From: Eledone cirrhosa
Lineage: Eukaryota
Direction of reading: 5' to 3'
NCBI GenBank assembly: GCA_964016885.1
Contig: OZ024743.1
Location: 232,810,001 to 232,874,000 of the forward strand
Length of the DNA: 64,000 nucleotides
Shown: positions 14,092 through 29,894 of the stretch, in pieces
How positions within the stretch are numbered: position 1 is the first letter of the stretch
Layout: every line of letters starts with the position of its first letter
The notes under the pieces: generated by a model
Told to the model about the DNA's origin: nothing
Seen by the model: only the letters and a program-made list of their open reading frames with translations
Database searches by the model: none
Program-made: the position numbers and the translations under genes

Positions 14092-14756
14092 AAATACAGC
14101 AAAATTCTGAACTCTAAAACTATTAGACTATCATACTCCACGGCACCAAACCTTGAAGCATACATAAAAAAACTTAACTTAAGGCAATTAAACAACAATA
14201 CAAAACAAAACATTTTAGTAACAGATGGGCAGAACGCAATATCTGCCTGCCAACCACTAAATGGGAGACGGGTATTACACAACCCACCTGTACCGCTATC
14301 ACAACCTATCCATGGTATACTCGCTACCCACAACAAAGAATGTAACTGCCATCTACCTGAAAGATGTCCATTGAAGAATGAATGCCTAAAGTCCAACATT
14401 GTTTACCAATGCACGGTTGAATCGAACGACCAGAAATGGTATTATATCGGATCTACCACCACCTCGTTTAAATCTCGCTGGTACCGTCATCGATTCTCAA
14501 TCAAACATCTCAATCACCGTTTTGTGACCACGCTCGCCAACTAGACCTGGCAACTCCGTGAACACAACCAACAGTTCACATTAAAATGGGATATACTTTC
14601 CAGCGCAAGTGCATATCGGAGTGGATTGAAGTACTGCAGGTTATGTAACCTTGAGCTCTTTTACATATTAAAATCCCAAAACAAACTACTTAACGATAGA
14701 ATTGAACGATCATTATACTGCAACCACAAAGTAAAAGCTAAATTCTCTCACTATAA
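14092..14756 (+). pseudogene. Inverted copy of the Naiad family 2 linker/GIY-YIG region
   Basis: Reverse complement of ~12530-13187. Confidence 0.85.
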
Positions 14757-15260
14757 AATAACTTAACATTCGAACCCGTAACTATAACACCGCTTTCTAG
14801 CTAACCACCTTCTCTTCCCCCCACACTACAAGACAATACACTGCTTATCACTATAAATGGTAACTCAGTGCAATTCTTAGATTACTACTACAAACCCAAA
14901 GTTCACTCACCACACAAACTTCGTCTGTCCCCTCTCTACCTCTCTCTCTACATCCATTACACTCTCTCTCTCTCTCGCCTTTGGCCTACCTCCCTCTCAA
15001 CATCTATGAACCTGCCCTCTGGGGCAATAAATAATTCCGACCTTAACTATCAACGCATCTCTCCAAAAGTAACCAGTATAATGAAACCCCTACCATAACA
15101 TTTTGATTAAGATATCTACAAACCACTCTCTCCTACTTCTCCAACCCCTGCATATCTTTCTCTCTCTCTCCCTCTCCCCTACTTTTCTCTCTTCCTTTTC
15201 TACTCTATCTTCCCCCAACAACCCCACTTAAGGGTATTTACATTGTACATTTTACCATTC

Positions 15261-15372
15261 TGCTCTGAGGAAACAGTGGTCACAGCATTGGATATTTGAG
15301 TTCTGCAAGTACTTGTGAATTTGCACATAGCATAACTAGGCTGCAGTACCACCGTGGAAACACTTGTAAGCA
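15261..15372 (+). ncRNA. Hammerhead ribozyme, family 5
   Basis: TGCT-CTGAGGA-AACAGTGGT...ACCACCGTG-GAAA-CACTTG-TA-AGCA, with a GUA cleavage triplet. Confidence 0.78.
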
Positions 15373-15419
15373 CACGGAATAAATTACCTTTTTATGATGT
15401 CTACCTGTTATTATTCATT

Positions 15420-16265
<846 letters not shown>

Positions 16266-16353
16266 ATTTTTAAATACACTTTATCAAGTAACCACACAGT
16301 TCCCTGTTGCTTCAAGTATATGTATATATATATATAGTTCCCTGTTTCTTCAA

Positions 16354-16416
<63 letters not shown>

Positions 16417-16671
16417 GGGGGGGGGGTATCTATGTATGTATATATATATATAATATATTTATATATTTATATATATAAAGAGAGAGAAAGAGGGAGTGTG
16501 AAAGAGAGAGTGAAGTAATAAGATAGGCTTTGTGTATTTGTGTGTGTGTAAGTATATTCTTTGTTTTACATTTATACAATATTTGCCCTAGTGAAAGACC
16601 TAGCTTCTAACAGAAAATCAGAATTCAAAGAACTTTAATCGGTCAGAGATACTTATCTATTTCTCTGACTG

Positions 16672-16728
<57 letters not shown>

Positions 16729-17290
16729 TTTATATGTATGTTTAAATACGTATATGTGTATCTATGTATATCTGTATAATATCTGTATGTATGGATGCAC
16801 GAATCGACGTATGTATCCATATATACATAGATTCGTATGCAAACATTAATAGCATTACATGCGTCATTCTGCATATGTTGATTTGTGTATATATTCATAT
16901 GTTTGTATGTAGGAACTTATAAATATGTATATGCTGTAGTGAAACATTCTAGAATGTTTTACAACAATTCACAGTTCCATTAATGGCTTGTAATTATTAA
17001 GATTGCTGCTGAGGCAGATTGTTGAATAAAAACTTGCCTACAGATATAATTCTAAATTTGTAGTCCGAATGTAGTATTGACAAATTTCTCATCAGTCTGC
17101 CATAAATAGTATCTCTTGCTTTTATTTGTAACTTTATGTTAACTGCCGCTGGACCACTGATTTCTACCTTATGAGTACTTTCTTTTCACTATTTGTGGTG
17201 CCTATAGTTTTCGAAGCTATTGACAGGAATATTCCATCACCATTCTTTCATAATATTAGCTATGCACACCATTATTTTTCGCCATGTGTG

Positions 17291-17505
17291 CAGTGGATTA
17301 GCCGTATTGGTAGAGCGTCGGACAACATGATTCACGGCATAGAGTTACGGCCCTTCAGGTTCTGAGTTAAAATCCTGCCTACGTTAGCTTTATCTTTCAT
17401 CCTTACGGGTTCGATAAAATAAAGCACCAGTAATGCACTGGGATCGATTTTATCGACTTTCCCCTCTTCCAAATTGCTGTCCTTGTGCCTATAGTAGAAG
17501 TCATA
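17291..17505 (+). mobile_element. tRNA-derived SINE (Deu/Nin-like core)
   Basis: A/B-box-like head followed by the core CTTTCATCCTTACGGG.TCGATAAAATAAAG.ACCAG. Confidence 0.8.
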
Positions 17506-17514
17506 ATTTTCACC

Positions 17515-18100
17515 ATGACTCTCCTTCGCCATCCAACTCTGTCATCCATTTCTCCCGACAAGTCCTCCGGATCGCACTCAACATCCTCATAAAGCTGTTT
17601 GATGTAGTTTCTGTGAGGTCTGCCCACGTTGGGATATCCGTTCTTCGGTGTCCACAGCAGAATATCACTACCAATTTCATTATTTGCTCTGTAGCTATGT
17701 TCCGCGAATCTGGGTCCACTCTCTCAGATGGTGTCAGAAATTGCAGGTACATGGCCAAAGAGTTGCTTTTTTGTAGGGTGCTGCTTCCAGTATGTGCTGT
17801 CTAGTTTCTTCTCTTCGCTTAGTGAGTGTCCAGATAGTACTCCCGTACGGCAGGACGGTCTCCACTGTCGCTTGGAAAAATCCATGTTTTATTTGTTTCG
17901 GGAGCTTCTATTTACAAATATCTGTCAATTTTTCCAAGGTAACCCAAGCTTCACCGATGCGTATGTTTATTTCACTTTCCGGGAGATTTTGTTTCGAGAT
18001 CTTGCTTCCTATATAAGCGAACTGGTCAACTTTTTTTTAGATGTTTACCGACTAGTGCCATACTAGTGGAAACAAATATATTCAGTTTAGTCCGCATTTA
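17515..18100 (-). mobile_element. RTE-clade LINE 3' fragment
   Basis: GRPHRNYIKQLYEDVECDPEDLSGEMDDRVGWRRRV is a typical RTE ORF C-terminus. Upstream frames are disrupted. Confidence 0.8.
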
Positions 18101-18107
18101 CACAGAA

Positions 18108-18295
18108 TAGTTTCTACTTTGAGCACAAGGTCAGCAATTACCCCAGTGTATTACTGGTGCTTTATTTGATCGACCTCGTAAGGATGAAAGGCAAAGTTGA
18201 CTCGGCGGGATTTGAACTCAGATCATAAAGGGCCGTAACTCTTTGCTGCAAAGCATGGCATCAGACTCTCTACCGATACTGCCAATCCTCTGGCG
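18108..18295 (-). mobile_element. tRNA-derived SINE
   Basis: Reverse complement of the SINE consensus (B box GTTCAAATCC). Confidence 0.85.
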
Positions 18296-18489
18296 TTCCC
18301 ATCCAAACTGTGTAGCAGGAATTCTGATTCCTGTACTATTTCAACTCCTTACATTTCCATCTTAACAAATATCCACGAATTACATTGTATAATATTTTGG
18401 TCACTATATCAGGTCTCAGGGCTAAAATATCACCTTGATATTTTCAGAGGACTACTAATTGTCTGGGTTATAAGTTTTTGATAATTTCT

Positions 18490-19077
18490 TATTATTACAT
18501 TTACTATGTCAAGTTGTATCTATTATATTACATTTACTATGTCAAGTTCTGTCAGTTATATTACATTTACTATGTCAAGTTCTATCTATTATATTACATT
18601 TACTATGTCAAGTTCTATTATATTACATTTACTATGTCAGGTTCTATTATATTACATTTACTATGTCAAGTTCTATCTAATATATTACAATTACTATGTC
18701 AAGTTCTATCTATTATATTACATTTACTATGTCAAGTTCTATCTAATATATTACATTTACTATGTCAAGTTCTATCTATTATATTACATTTAATATGTCA
18801 AGTTCTATTTATTATATTACATTTACTATGTCAAGTTCTATCTGTTATATTACATTTACTATGCCAAGTTCTGTTACGTCCCTTTACGATCTGAGTTCAA
18901 ATCCCGCCGAGGTTGACTTTGCCTTTCATCCTTACGGGGTCGATAAAATAAAGTACCAGCAATGCACTGGGTAATTGCTGGCCTTGTGCCTAAAGTAGAA
19001 ACAATTATATTACATTTACTATGTCAACTTCTATCTATTATATTACATTTACTATGTCAAGTTCTATCTGTTATATT
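18490..19077. repeat. 33-bp minisatellite (ATTATATTACATTTACTATGTCAAGTTCTATCT), interrupted by a 5'-truncated SINE at 18873-19006
   Basis: About 12 units before and 2 units after the SINE. Confidence 0.92.
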
Positions 19078-19216
19078 TGATTAGGACGACCTGTAATTCA
19101 TACAGATATTATTTGGGGTTGTTTTTTACTTTTACAATATATCACATAAAAACCCACTTGCTGCGTCCTAAAGAGATATTGTGTGTCTGTTAATTTATTG
19201 AAGGTTTGTATTTCAG

Positions 19217-19349
19217 ATGAATTGTTGGAGAAGACACTATTTGTAGCCTGCTACTAGTCTTAGTGATACTACTATCTGACACTATGGCACTGTTGGTATG
19301 GAGGTTGTTATTGCAGTGTTCAGCTATTTACTGCTTTGTTTACGGCAAG
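19217..19349 (+). other. Possible host-gene exon encoding a signal peptide (ATG 19284: MALLVWRLLLQCSAIYCFVYGK)
   Basis: Acceptor TTGTATTTCAG|, donor AAG|GTAAAC and a hydrophobic N-terminal peptide, all in non-repetitive DNA. No downstream exon was identified. Confidence 0.3.
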
Positions 19350-19792
19350 GTAAACTGATTCGGACTATTCAATTATATCAATCAATTTCCATCTGATAAT
19401 CAATTTAGTGTGTCCTTTAAAGTATTTAGATGCGAAGTCTAGTACTGAGTATCTGATATCTCACAGGCATTGAATAAAACCAGAACATTTACACGCATAT
19501 TACACACACACCACATATAGCTGTTTGTTGAGGTCGTGATACCAGTGTAATTATTACACTGCTCGATTGGGACTATTAACAGTTAATTCATATTTGATTT
19601 TAAATAGACAATAAATTTCTTGAAACGTTTTAACAAATTTCAGTCAGAATTAAATTTATAGTTATTCACCTTTAGAGGGTTCGATTTCTTGACATTTTCT
19701 GTTTCACAATGTGTGTCCATGTACATATATAGTTATTGAGAGACACGGGAACATTTTACTTGAAGTGTTGTTTGCATTATTTGTTTGTTTAC

Positions 19793-20378
19793 GGTGCTGG
19801 ATTGGCAGCATCTGTAGAGCGTCGGACAACATGAATTGCGGCATATAGTTGCGGTTCTTTACGTTCTGTGTTCAAATCCCACCGAGGTTAGCTTTACCAT
19901 TCATCCTTACGGGGTCGATAAAATAAAGTACCAGTAATGTACTGGTTAATTGCTGGCCTTGTGCCTAAAGTAGAAACAATTATTTGTGGTGGATTGGCAG
20001 TATCGGTAGAGGCTCGGATGTCATGCTTTGACGCAGAGAGTTACGGCCCTTGCCACTCTGCGTTCAAATCCCGCTGAGGTTAACTTTGCCTTTCATCCTT
20101 ACGGGGTCGATAAAATAAAGAACCACTAATGCACTGGGATAATTGGTGGCCTTGTGCCAAAAGTAGAAACAATTATTTGTTTATTTACGGGCGGTGAATT
20201 GACATTATCGGTAGAGGATCTGACGCCATGCTTTCCAGCATAGTTACGTCCCTTTACGGTCTGAGTTCAAATCCCGTCAAAGTTAACTTTGCCTTTCATC
20301 CTTAAGGGGTCGATAAAATAAAGTACCAGCAATACACTGGATAATTGCTGGCCCTGTGCCAAAAGTAGAAACAACTAT
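19793..20378 (+). mobile_element. Three head-to-tail tRNA-derived SINEs (19793-19983, 19987-20176, 20190-20378)
   Basis: Each has an A-box-like TGGCAGTATCGG, a GTTCAAATCC B box, the core and an AGTAGAAACAA(T/C)TATT tail. Confidence 0.88.
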
Positions 20379-21039
20379 TTGTTTAATTACAGTACGTTAC
20401 AGAATATGGTCTGTTTAGATTATTATGCGTGAACATTCTTATATAATCTCAGTACATGTAATTTACCCACGAATTAAAATAAAATTGAAACAATTGTATT
20501 TATAAACGTTAAAACGGAAAATAGCGAATTTACTAAAAGTAAATACGGAATTAAGGAAACTTTGAAATGGAAAATTTATCCCCTGCATTTTGTATTAAGT
20601 CACTTATCACACTTGCTCTCACGTGTGTATTTATTTTAAGGGGAAAAATAACTAGCAACCTATCAGCTGTATTTTCAGGTTAGCATAACTTCTGGAAATC
20701 AGGCTCCCTCCTCATCTTATATATTGTCCCTCTCTACGTAATGGCTCATTTGAGATCTTGAGTTTGAGACCCTGATTAAACGTATGGATTGTAAGAGATT
20801 TGGTTATTATTTATAGTAAATCCGGTGAACCAGATAAGGTTTGTCATTGACTCGTTTTATTTGATTGTTTAACACTTTCGTTATTGTATTTCTAATGAAA
20901 GACAATATCTAAGATTTTCAAACCCTTTTGAAATTAAGAGAGAATTTATAGAGAGTTAGTAATGTAAATAAGTTTCAAACATTTGAGCTAGAGTTAAAAC
21001 ATAGTTTAACTAGAGATCTTACATGAAATTATAATGATT

Positions 21040-21455
21040 TCTACTATAGGCACAAGGCCAGTAATTTGGAGGGAGGGGAAAATCGATTAAATCGAGCCCA
21101 ATGAATTACTGGTGCTTTATTTTATCGACCCCGTAGGATGAAAGGCAAAGTTAACCTGGGCGGGATTTGAATTCAGAATGGCAAGGGCCGTAACTCTATG
21201 CGTCAAAGCATGGCGTCCGATCCTCTACCGATACTGCCAACCACCGCCCTGGGTCCTGTTCAAATAATTGTTTCTACTTTTGGCACAAGGCCAGCAATTA
21301 CCCAGTGCATTACTGGTACTTTATTTTATCGACCCCATAAGGATGAAAGGCGAAGTTAACCTCGGCGGGATTTGAACCCAGAATGGCAAAGGCCGTAACT
21401 CTATGCGTCAAAGCATGGTGTCCGACCCTCTGCAGATACTGCCAATCCACCACCC
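21040..21455 (-). mobile_element. Two tandem tRNA-derived SINEs (21040-21250, 21264-21455)
   Basis: Reverse complement of the same SINE family. Confidence 0.88.
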
Positions 21456-21715
21456 TGGGTCCTGTGGAAATAATAAAAAGAAATTCATAGTGAGACAGAT
21501 GAACAGTCTGAAATGACCGAAGCAACTCTATACACTTCCCACAAGAATCAAAAACAGTGAAAGAAATACCTTAATAACGACTATGCATAGGAAAACACGG
21601 AGTCATGCCTAAGTGGTTGGCTCACTCTATATATCTCTTTTCCCACTTCTCACTCTCTCTCTATCTATCTATCTATCTATCTCTCTCTGTCTCTCTCTCT
21701 CAATTTCTCTCTCTC

Positions 21716-21782
<67 letters not shown>

Positions 21783-21870
21783 ATGACAAAAATGTATTAT
21801 TGATAAGTAACAAAATATATATTATTAAATATGAAACAATAAAACAATAAAACATAGAAATACTCTTTCG

Positions 21871-21956
<86 letters not shown>

Positions 21957-21980
21957 CATATATATATATGCATATGTATA

Positions 21981-22044
<64 letters not shown>

Positions 22045-22056
22045 CATATATACATA

Positions 22057-22968
<912 letters not shown>

Positions 22969-23839
22969 TATATATATGTATATATGTATATATCAAACGT
23001 ATATCTATACTTACATACATCGATGTTTACACACATAAACACATATATATATATATATGTATATTTATATGTGTGTGTGTGTGTATGTTTGTGTGTGTCT
23101 ACACGTTAAAATAAAAAAAATGTGGCAAACAAAACATATATGCAATATATACAAATATACCAATATTAGGCAAAATGACATATAATCCAGAAAGGAGAAT
23201 AAGTAAAAGAAAAGAAACGATGTAGCTGACATTACATTACTTGAAAAACTAATGGAGTATTATGGCAAACGACTTCGCTGAAAAATGTTGGCATAGCTAT
23301 ATATCAGGTGGTTCAGAATATTTAATCAACGACGAAAATTGCTCCGAGTTTTGAAGACATTCTTGTTCGATTAGGCTTTACCTTGGGATATCGGAGCATA
23401 AATTTCAACATGTAAAAATGGTAGTGAAATCACATCTAACATATTAGTTAGAAAGGAAGACCGCCATGATGGATTAGGGAAGAAAGAGAGAAAGTGAGAG
23501 AGAGTTTGTGTGTGTGAAAGAGAGAGGGTGGAGGGGGGAGGGGAGGATATTGATTTGTCAGTAGTAAGATTTGTTGTTGATTTGTTTAAGTCGACGTTTT
23601 ACCTCCCAGTCAGTTTACCGTAATTTATCGAATGTTTAAATGTTGGCAACTGCATTTACAGTAAAGTGTTAGTTATTTATGGGAATGGAAACCAATTGAA
23701 AAATCTAGGGAATGTTCACAAGAGATAATTGAGTCTATACGAGAAATAGAAGGAAAGATAGAGTGAGAGAAAGAGGGGAAGAGAGAGAAGGAGAAATACA
23801 ATGCCAGAAGAAGCGTGGGAACCAGGGGGGAAAATCTGT

Positions 23840-23927
<88 letters not shown>

Positions 23928-23949
23928 TAGAGAGAGAGAGATAGATAGA

Positions 23950-24853
23950 TATGTTTCTTTATTAGCCACAGGGGCACAAAAGAAGGGGACAAATACAAAG
24001 GGGGAAGTTTACATACAATAAAAACGTGTAAAATATTATCACAAATGCAACTTAAAAATTAGTCGATTTTCCCCAATAGGGGACGACAGTTCATATGGGT
24101 AACACATACCTCTGAAAAAATGTGCAACCCTCATCTCCAGGAGTACGAAGAGTTTGTACTCCTTTCTTCTTCTCCTCCTTTTCCTCAACCTACAGGCTGA
24201 TATAGAGAGAAGGCCCATTCACTCGGGCCATTCTCGCCACTTTCACCCACCTTTCATAAAACTTGCTGGGGTACAGCACCTCTCTCTCCATCCTGATTCT
24301 TCTTCCAAAGTGGTATTTGAAAAAAAGTTGTTGGCCGGAGAGAAAGGTGTCTGACCTCAGCCCTTTCAACCTTGTCCACCATACAACCTCTTTCGCCATA
24401 GCTATCACACAAAGGAAAACCGCCTCTCCTTCGTTTTTGATGGAGGGTGGCGGTTTGATCATGACTATGGACTCGGTGGTCAACTGGATTGGTCCCACCC
24501 ACGACAATAGTCGTTCTACATAGCCCCACAGATCGGTAACGCCCGGGCAGTGTACGAATGCGTGCGCGATGGTTTCTTCGTCTCGCACGCATCTCGGACA
24601 GATCTTTTTCGAAGGGTCCCTGCCCGGGCGCCCATGTCTGTAGAGCTTGTCTCGAACTGGTAGAGCGCCTCGGTAGCACTGCCAGGCCAGGGACTTTGGG
24701 AAGTTGTCCATCGGTCCCGGGCAGAAGGTCCTACCGAACAGACTGGCTAGTTCGTCTTCCTCTACGCCTAGAGTTTCTCCGAGCGCGTCGTCGCACTTGC
24801 TGCGAACCAACCCTCTATAGAATGACGAAGTGGAGTCTCCACTGATCACCGGG
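23950..24853 (-). mobile_element. 5'-truncated Tx1/L1-clade LINE (ORF2 C-terminal zinc-finger region + 3' UTR)
   Basis: [34 protein letters not shown]. The 3' end is AATAAAGAAACATA followed by (TCTA)n, and the 5' end abuts (TCTA)n. Confidence 0.88.
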
Positions 24854-24856
24854 TAA

Positions 24857-24900
<44 letters not shown>

Positions 24901-24926
24901 GTAGGGAGGGAGGGAGGGAGGGAGGG

Positions 24927-24991
<65 letters not shown>

Positions 24992-24994
24992 TAC

Positions 24995-25033
<39 letters not shown>

Positions 25034-25843
25034 AGAGAAAGAGACAAAGAAAGAGACAAAGAGAGAGAGAGAGAGCGCGCTAACGGGCAGCATGGATTAA
25101 GGGAGCCACAGCTAGATATACACACAGATATACATAGAGAGGGAGACAAAGAGAGTCTTTGTGGATCTGTATTTGTAAGAGTCGGAGATGGAAATACTAG
25201 AAGAGAAATTACAATAGCCACAATAAAAGGAAATGAGATTGAAGCATGGTATAGTCATATGTATGCATATATTGAGATATAATTGTATATATGTGTGTAA
25301 GTATATGTTTGCATGCTTACATATACATCTGTATATATGCATCTATTTATACATGTATATGAATATAAATAAAATTGTATTGCCTTGAATCATGTGTCAA
25401 TCTTCTATATACCCATATATGCATATATACAGAGAGAGAGAGTTGATAAATATACATGAATCTAGGCAGTACAACTTTAGTTCACTTAAGCGAGATATTT
25501 AATCATGATGAGTGTATAATAACCCACAGCTAATCGGGACTATGACTTTATATTAACGGAGTTAAACAAACGAAAATAATAAGATTTTCAAATAGACCGC
25601 ATAAATATATCGAATTTTTACCACAAGAAGCCTCGCGAGATATCTAGATATTTCGATGATTATTCACCGTCTCAGCGTTGTTGAACTAATAGACAACGAC
25701 TAATCTAGCCTTAAAACGTATATCGACATCACAAATGACTAGTATATAGATTGAACAAGAAGAGAGATATTGTCGAAACGATCACTACATATATCAGCGA
25801 GAAAGAATAAAGTATATACATATGTGTGTGTGTGTGTGTGTGA

Positions 25844-25879
<36 letters not shown>

Positions 25880-26351
25880 TTTAGTGTGTTTGTGTGCGTT
25901 AAGGAACAAGACCGTTACACAGGTTATGAGAAACATTTATCAATATAAATAATTATAAAGTGTTTATAACTATACTCTACTACCCCAAGTATCGAGTACT
26001 CTGTTGAGTAATGGTCTAACCAGCTTCAAACTGAATCGATCCTGATTTATATATATATATATAGATAGATAGATATATTTCTTTATTTTATATATATACA
26101 GATAGAGAGATAGATATATTTCTTTATTAGCCACAAGGGCGCACAAGAAAAGGGGACAATACAAAGACATGCCGGGGATTTTACATACAGTCGTGTAAAA
26201 AATATAAAAACAAACAATTACAACAATCGAAATCCCCAATAGGGGGAGGCACCACAAATGGGTTGTTTAATACCCCGTCGATAGAACAACCCTCAACTCC
26301 AGGAGGGTGTTGTGCAAGTGCTCTTTTCTTCCTTTCGCTCTCTTCTTCAAC

Positions 26352-29300
26352 CTACAGGCTTATAAACAGAGAAGGCCCAATCACTCGGGCCATTTTCGCT
26401 TCATTCACCCACCTTTCAGTAAATTTACTGGGGTGCAGTGCCTCTCTCTCCACCCTTATTCTCCTTCTAAAGTGATACTTAAAGAAGGGAATCAATTGTT
26501 GTCCGGAGAGAAAGGCATCTGTCCTCAGTCCTCTCAACCTCGTCCACCATATAACTTCTTTCACCATAGCCACCGTACAGAGGAAAACCGCCTCTCTTTC
26601 GTTTTTGAAAGAGGCTGGCGGTTTGATCCTTACTATGGACTCGACAGTCAACTGGATTTGTCCCATACGCGACAGCAGTTGTTCTGCATAGTTCCACAGG
26701 TCGGTTACGCCCGGGGAGTGTATAATTGCGTGCAGGACTGTTTCAATGTCCTGCGCGCATCTTGGACACGTCCCCTTGAAAGGATCGCTGCCAGAGCGTC
26801 CGTACCTGTAGATCTTGTCACGAACCGGTAGAGCTCCTCGGTAGCACTGCCAGGCCAGGGACCTCTGGAAGTTGTCCATAGGTCCCGGGCGGAAAGTCCT
26901 GCCAAACAGACTGGTGAGCTCATCGTCTTCGACGCCCAGAGTCTTTCCGAACACGTCGTCGCCCTTGTAACGTACAATCCCTCTTTAGAATGTCGAAGTG
27001 TAGTTTCCACCGATTGCTGCGCCCACTTGCCAGAGCATTGTGAGCGCCTGAGCGCATTCAATGTGCCAGGTGCCCCTTGTTTTCGGTCTTTTCTTGACCC
27101 AGGACTGCACCTCCGTCAGCGAGACGAGCTGTGGGAAAGCCTGTCTCACAAACGGTTCCCACACCGGTTGGGGGTCGGTGAGGAATACCTGGAGATGCCG
27201 CAGCCTCAGCGCATGTTTGCGCATCATCAGCCACGGCATTCCCAGCCCTTCGTTGGAAGGGTGCTGACAGCAGACGGATCTCCTCACCAGCGGAGCCTGC
27301 TTCTTCCACAGAAACTGGAAGAGCATGCGTTCCATCTTGGCGAGGTGTTCACGGGAACAAGGCACGACAGTCAAGCGGTAGTAGATGACGGACGCTATGA
27401 AAGTGTTCGCCACCTCCGCTCGAAATTTCAAGGACAGTTTGCACTCTTCCCACTTCTGGGTGAGTGCAAACACCTTGGCCGTGACCTCGTTCCAGTTTTT
27501 CTCCACCTGGAGGTCTGGACCGGACCAGACCCCGAGCAATTTCACCGGTCCGTCCGTCCAGCGTCCAACGACGCTGTCGGGCGTCATCGGTTTGCCTCTG
27601 CACGTACCGAGTTGCAAACCGACAGATTTGTCGGGGTTTAGTTTTGCTCGCGTCAGCGTTTCGTATTCTTTCAGTAAGTTGCCGATCACCCCGATTTCTG
27701 AGGTGCTCGACTTTGCGCAGTCCCGGTTCTAGAGGGATGCCCTGCAACAGCTCCAATTTCCGCAGTAGTGGCTCTAGAGTCAATACAGAATGGAGGAGAG
27801 AGGGCACCCCTGTCGAATGGAACGCGTGATTGCGAACGGCTCCGATAAGTCCTTGAGCCTCGCAGCAGATGCTGGTGTGCATCGCCTCGATCCATCCTCT
27901 GAACACGGGACCGAAACCGGCCGCCTTGAGAACCGCTTCCAAGTATCGATGGTCGACCCTATCGAATGCCTTAGACTGATGCAAGTTGATCAGAGCCCCA
28001 CCGAAGACGGGTTTACTATCCACCCTCTCTATGATGTATCGCATGTGGTGGAGGTTGTCGTGTATGGACCTGGTCGGGATTGCACACGTTTGCGCTTTCC
28101 CTACCAGGTTCTTGACGACAAGCGTCAACCTCGTCGCTATCACCTTGGCCAAAATCTTTAACTCTGTGTTGATCAGAGTTATGGGCCTGAAGTTGTTAAT
28201 TTCGTCCCCCTTGTTATCGTCTTTCCTGATCAGTGTTACTACGCCTTTGCCTGCAGAACTGGGAATTCTCCCGTTCTGCTGCCAATTGCAGTAGCCGGCT
28301 TCGAGGACGCCAGAGAACAAATCCGGAATGCCTATGTAAAACTCGTAGGGTAGACCATCTAGACCGGGTGACTTGCGTTTCCCGCAGCGGCCCAGGGCGG
28401 CCCGTATCTCAGTGTCCGTGATAGGTCTTTCGCAGAACTCGGCGTCCGTATTCGAGAGACGCGGCAGGCCGTCGAGATATGAACTAAAGTCCATTGCCCC
28501 GTCCGACTCACCGTCGTTCTGCTCAAACAGTCGCGCAAAGTGCCGCTGAAAGGCCGCGTACATTTGCTTGGGGTCAAGTAGCACGCGTCCGTTTTGGTCT
28601 TTCAAAGACCGAATCGTGGACTTGTTGCCACTTTTTCCCTCCGCCACTCGGGCCCAGCTGACAGCTTTCGCTCCTTCGTTTCCTAGAGCACGTGTTTTGC
28701 TTCTGACCACGCAGCCTTCATGTTTCGCATCGAAGAACTGGTCCAGTGCCGGTCTCGACGCTAACACTCTAGCCGCGTTGCCACTTCTAAGTGCCTCCTC
28801 TACCTTGGCTACTAGTTCTCTTTCTATTCTGTTTTTCTCTAAGGCTAACTCTCTGCTATACCCTATTGATTCTATTCTAATTGCCTCTCTTGACGATGGC
28901 TCCCGTTAACTGTTGCTTGACTAGTCGACTTATCCGTTCACTGTAAGCTTTACGTGCCGGCAACGACACGTTCAGCTTCCAGTATCCGGGTCCCTGTCTA
29001 TGTATTCTATCACGGTTGACTAAGCAGACGATTAACTTGTGATCTGAATAGGCAACCATGTGCATTCGTGGACAGCTTAACATCTCCTTGTCCCTTTCTC
29101 TAATGAAGAACCTATCTAAATACGATCTAGATGTCCCACTGCGGTTTGCCCACGTCCACTGTGGTGCAATAGGGAAATCCAGTCGATACCTATCGGCCAG
29201 TTGGAATTGGCCGATTAAAGTTTTGAGGCTGTTGCACCCCGCTCTACTGGGATATGCTCCCACATAGTCCCATCGTGCATCTAGGATACCATTCCAGTCT

Positions 29301-29724
29301 CCCACTAAAAGTAAGGAGCGAGACGTTCCCAGAAAAGACTCTAGACGCTTAAAGAAGTCTGGCCGTGATTGCGATTGCCCGGTCGGGGCATAAACGGCCA
29401 CCAGTCTGAAGGCTCCACCTCCAATACTGTTCACGTCTAGGACTACCAGTCTACCCTCCGGTTCCAAGTGTACTTGCTGTACTTCGACGTCCAGGTTCTT
29501 CCGAAACATAACAGCCACTCCACCTCCACCTCCTGGCTGACAGAGAGATGCGTAGATCTCAAAGTCGTCGAAGATGGGGGTTAGTTGCTGCCTGTTGTGG
29601 ATTCTGGACTCGGTGATGGCTATCACATCCATACTGTGTGACTAAGGTCGTTTAAAAGTTGGCCCTGTTTCCAGGGCATCCCTAGGCCACGCACATTCAC
29701 GGTTCCAACTCTTAAACTAGGCAT
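26352..29724 (-). pseudogene. Tx1 ORF2: APE endonuclease - reverse transcriptase - zinc finger (frameshifted)
   Basis: ATG at 29724 (MPSLRVGTVNVRGL). Motifs VYAP, GDWN, SYLDRFF, SDHK, GPGYWKLN, KSPGLDGLP, NFRPITLIN, KAFDRVDH and CPRC..ETVLH. Confidence 0.92.
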
Positions 29725-29894
29725 GTTGGTGAAGAAAAGTTTGAGAAAAAGGACGAATTGTGCACTTACCGTTTCGTTTCCTGGAGATCGGGTTGTTCAA
29801 TCTCCATTTGGGTGCTGGATGGAGTGTTGGGTGGGGTGGGAAAACATTTTAACAGGACGCGGTTGATGGGTTTGTGGCAGGGGTTGCCCACATC

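Noticed and set aside
18490-18870. CRISPR-like array
   Set aside because: Contiguous tandem units without unique spacers, no cas genes, and a eukaryotic context.
19793-20378. tRNA genes
   Set aside because: The A/B boxes belong to SINE heads. There is no closed cloverleaf, and each is followed by the SINE core and tail.
25500-25590. Additional hammerhead (ATGATGA...CGAAA)
   Set aside because: The core is mutated and stems II/III are unconvincing, so it was not counted.
27027-28909. Long + strand ORFs overlapping Tx1 ORF2
   Set aside because: Antisense shadows of GC-richer coding sequence, with no recognisable motifs.
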